DNA from: Marsupella aquatica
Lineage: Eukaryota; Plantae; Marchantiophyta
Direction: 5' to 3'
NCBI GenBank assembly: GCA_973895155.1
Contig: OZ316896.1
Span: 5,089,925-5,153,924 of the forward strand
DNA length: 64,000 nucleotides
The notes beneath the pieces were generated by a model. It was not told where the DNA came from. It saw only the letters and a program-made list of their open reading frames with translations, and searched no databases. Both the position numbers and the translations under genes were made by a program. This document shows, one piece after another, positions 63,051 to 64,000 of the stretch. Within the stretch, counting starts at the first letter, position 1. Every line of letters begins with the position of its first letter.

Positions 63051-63584
63051 GTTGTCGATTAAAACAGGCGAGTAATTTGCTGCAGCAATCTACTATCGGT
63101 ATCTTCATCATGAGCCGTCGATTGCCGATATGCTCGGTCCCCAGATTGGCAGATTGTTTATATTCTATCATCTGTGGGACTGTGGCAGTGGGATTTTCAC
63201 TGTTGCAGTCACGAACTTCTAGTGTGCTGTCACTACTACCGTGTCGGCCGGGGAACAAAAGCGCGGTACGGACGACGCGGCGAATTTCTTCGCTTCAGTT
63301 CGAAGGTCGCACTTGATCATAAATGGGTAATATAATATAATTTTAGTTTTAATTTAATTTAGTCAGTTTTGAGTACTGCCTCCAAATCAAATCTTGGTCA
63401 GTTTCTTAAAGGACCTGTACATATTATATATGTACAAGAAGTTGGCAGTGCTCGTTTTTTATATGTGTGAGTTGTAATCCTAGCCACTCAAATGTGAAAA
63501 CAGGGCACACTCAAATGTGAAAACAGGGCACACTGTATTTGACATGAACTCAAATCATGTTACTATAGAAGCGTCAACTTAAAG

Positions 63585-63841
63585 CTTACTCTTAAGGGCC
63601 TATGTGAAGTCTCTAGATCATAACTCCCAATACAGACAAAATTGATAAATGAGGTTCAATAAGGTCAACATTTTAAATAAGAATGGAAAAAGTGATATTA
63701 GCTCCAAAAAAGACAAAACTGAAATGAGGATTGACAAAAAACAAGGATGGTGCAAAGACGAACCAAAATAACATTAAAAACTTATTTTGCAAAAAATTTC
63801 TTCATATCTATTTATCTTCAAGGAACGCTTCATGGGGCTAG
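63585..63841 (+). mobile_element. Second copy of the short Helitron-like family (3' part)
   Basis: Colinear with 31540-31850 (aaaactgaaatgaggat.gacaaaaaacaaggat ... ttcttcatatctat ... ttcaaggaacg..catg.ggctag|t). Confidence 0.6.
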
Positions 63842-64000
63842 TTATCTATCCTATTCATCTACCATCCTTGTGGGTAGGCAAACCGTTACCAATGCTAGTC
63901 ATCTACTGTCTAGTGGTTCCCTTGTGACGCCACTTTTTGGGCTGATGCATATTTTTATGTCTAAAAGTTAGACCTCCTTTTGAAGTGGTCTAAATAAATG

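Overview
Eukaryotic nuclear DNA from a land plant (probably a bryophyte such as a liverwort; this is an inference), gene-sparse and shaped by duplications and transposons. The first ~38 kb is a rearranged cluster. Two tandem two-exon ankyrin-repeat/PGG-type transmembrane genes (ACD6/ITN1-like, minus strand) sit in a ~7 kb segmental duplication. They are bracketed by two oppositely oriented pairs of small genes encoding N-terminal MG(C)xx(S)KPS acylation-motif, Gly-rich (one Gly/His-rich) microproteins. Nested in the cluster are a degenerate Ty1/copia element with a 904-bp tandem duplication, a Helitron carrying a nested MULE (empty site visible in the paralogous segment), a LINE ORF1 remnant and a truncated LTR element. 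The right part holds an At3g06035/At5g19250-type GPI-anchored protein gene whose intron contains a mitochondrial rpl2 fragment, a MAKR-like Ser-rich gene, a minisatellite and further TE debris. All calls come from reading the sequence by eye; no searches were run.
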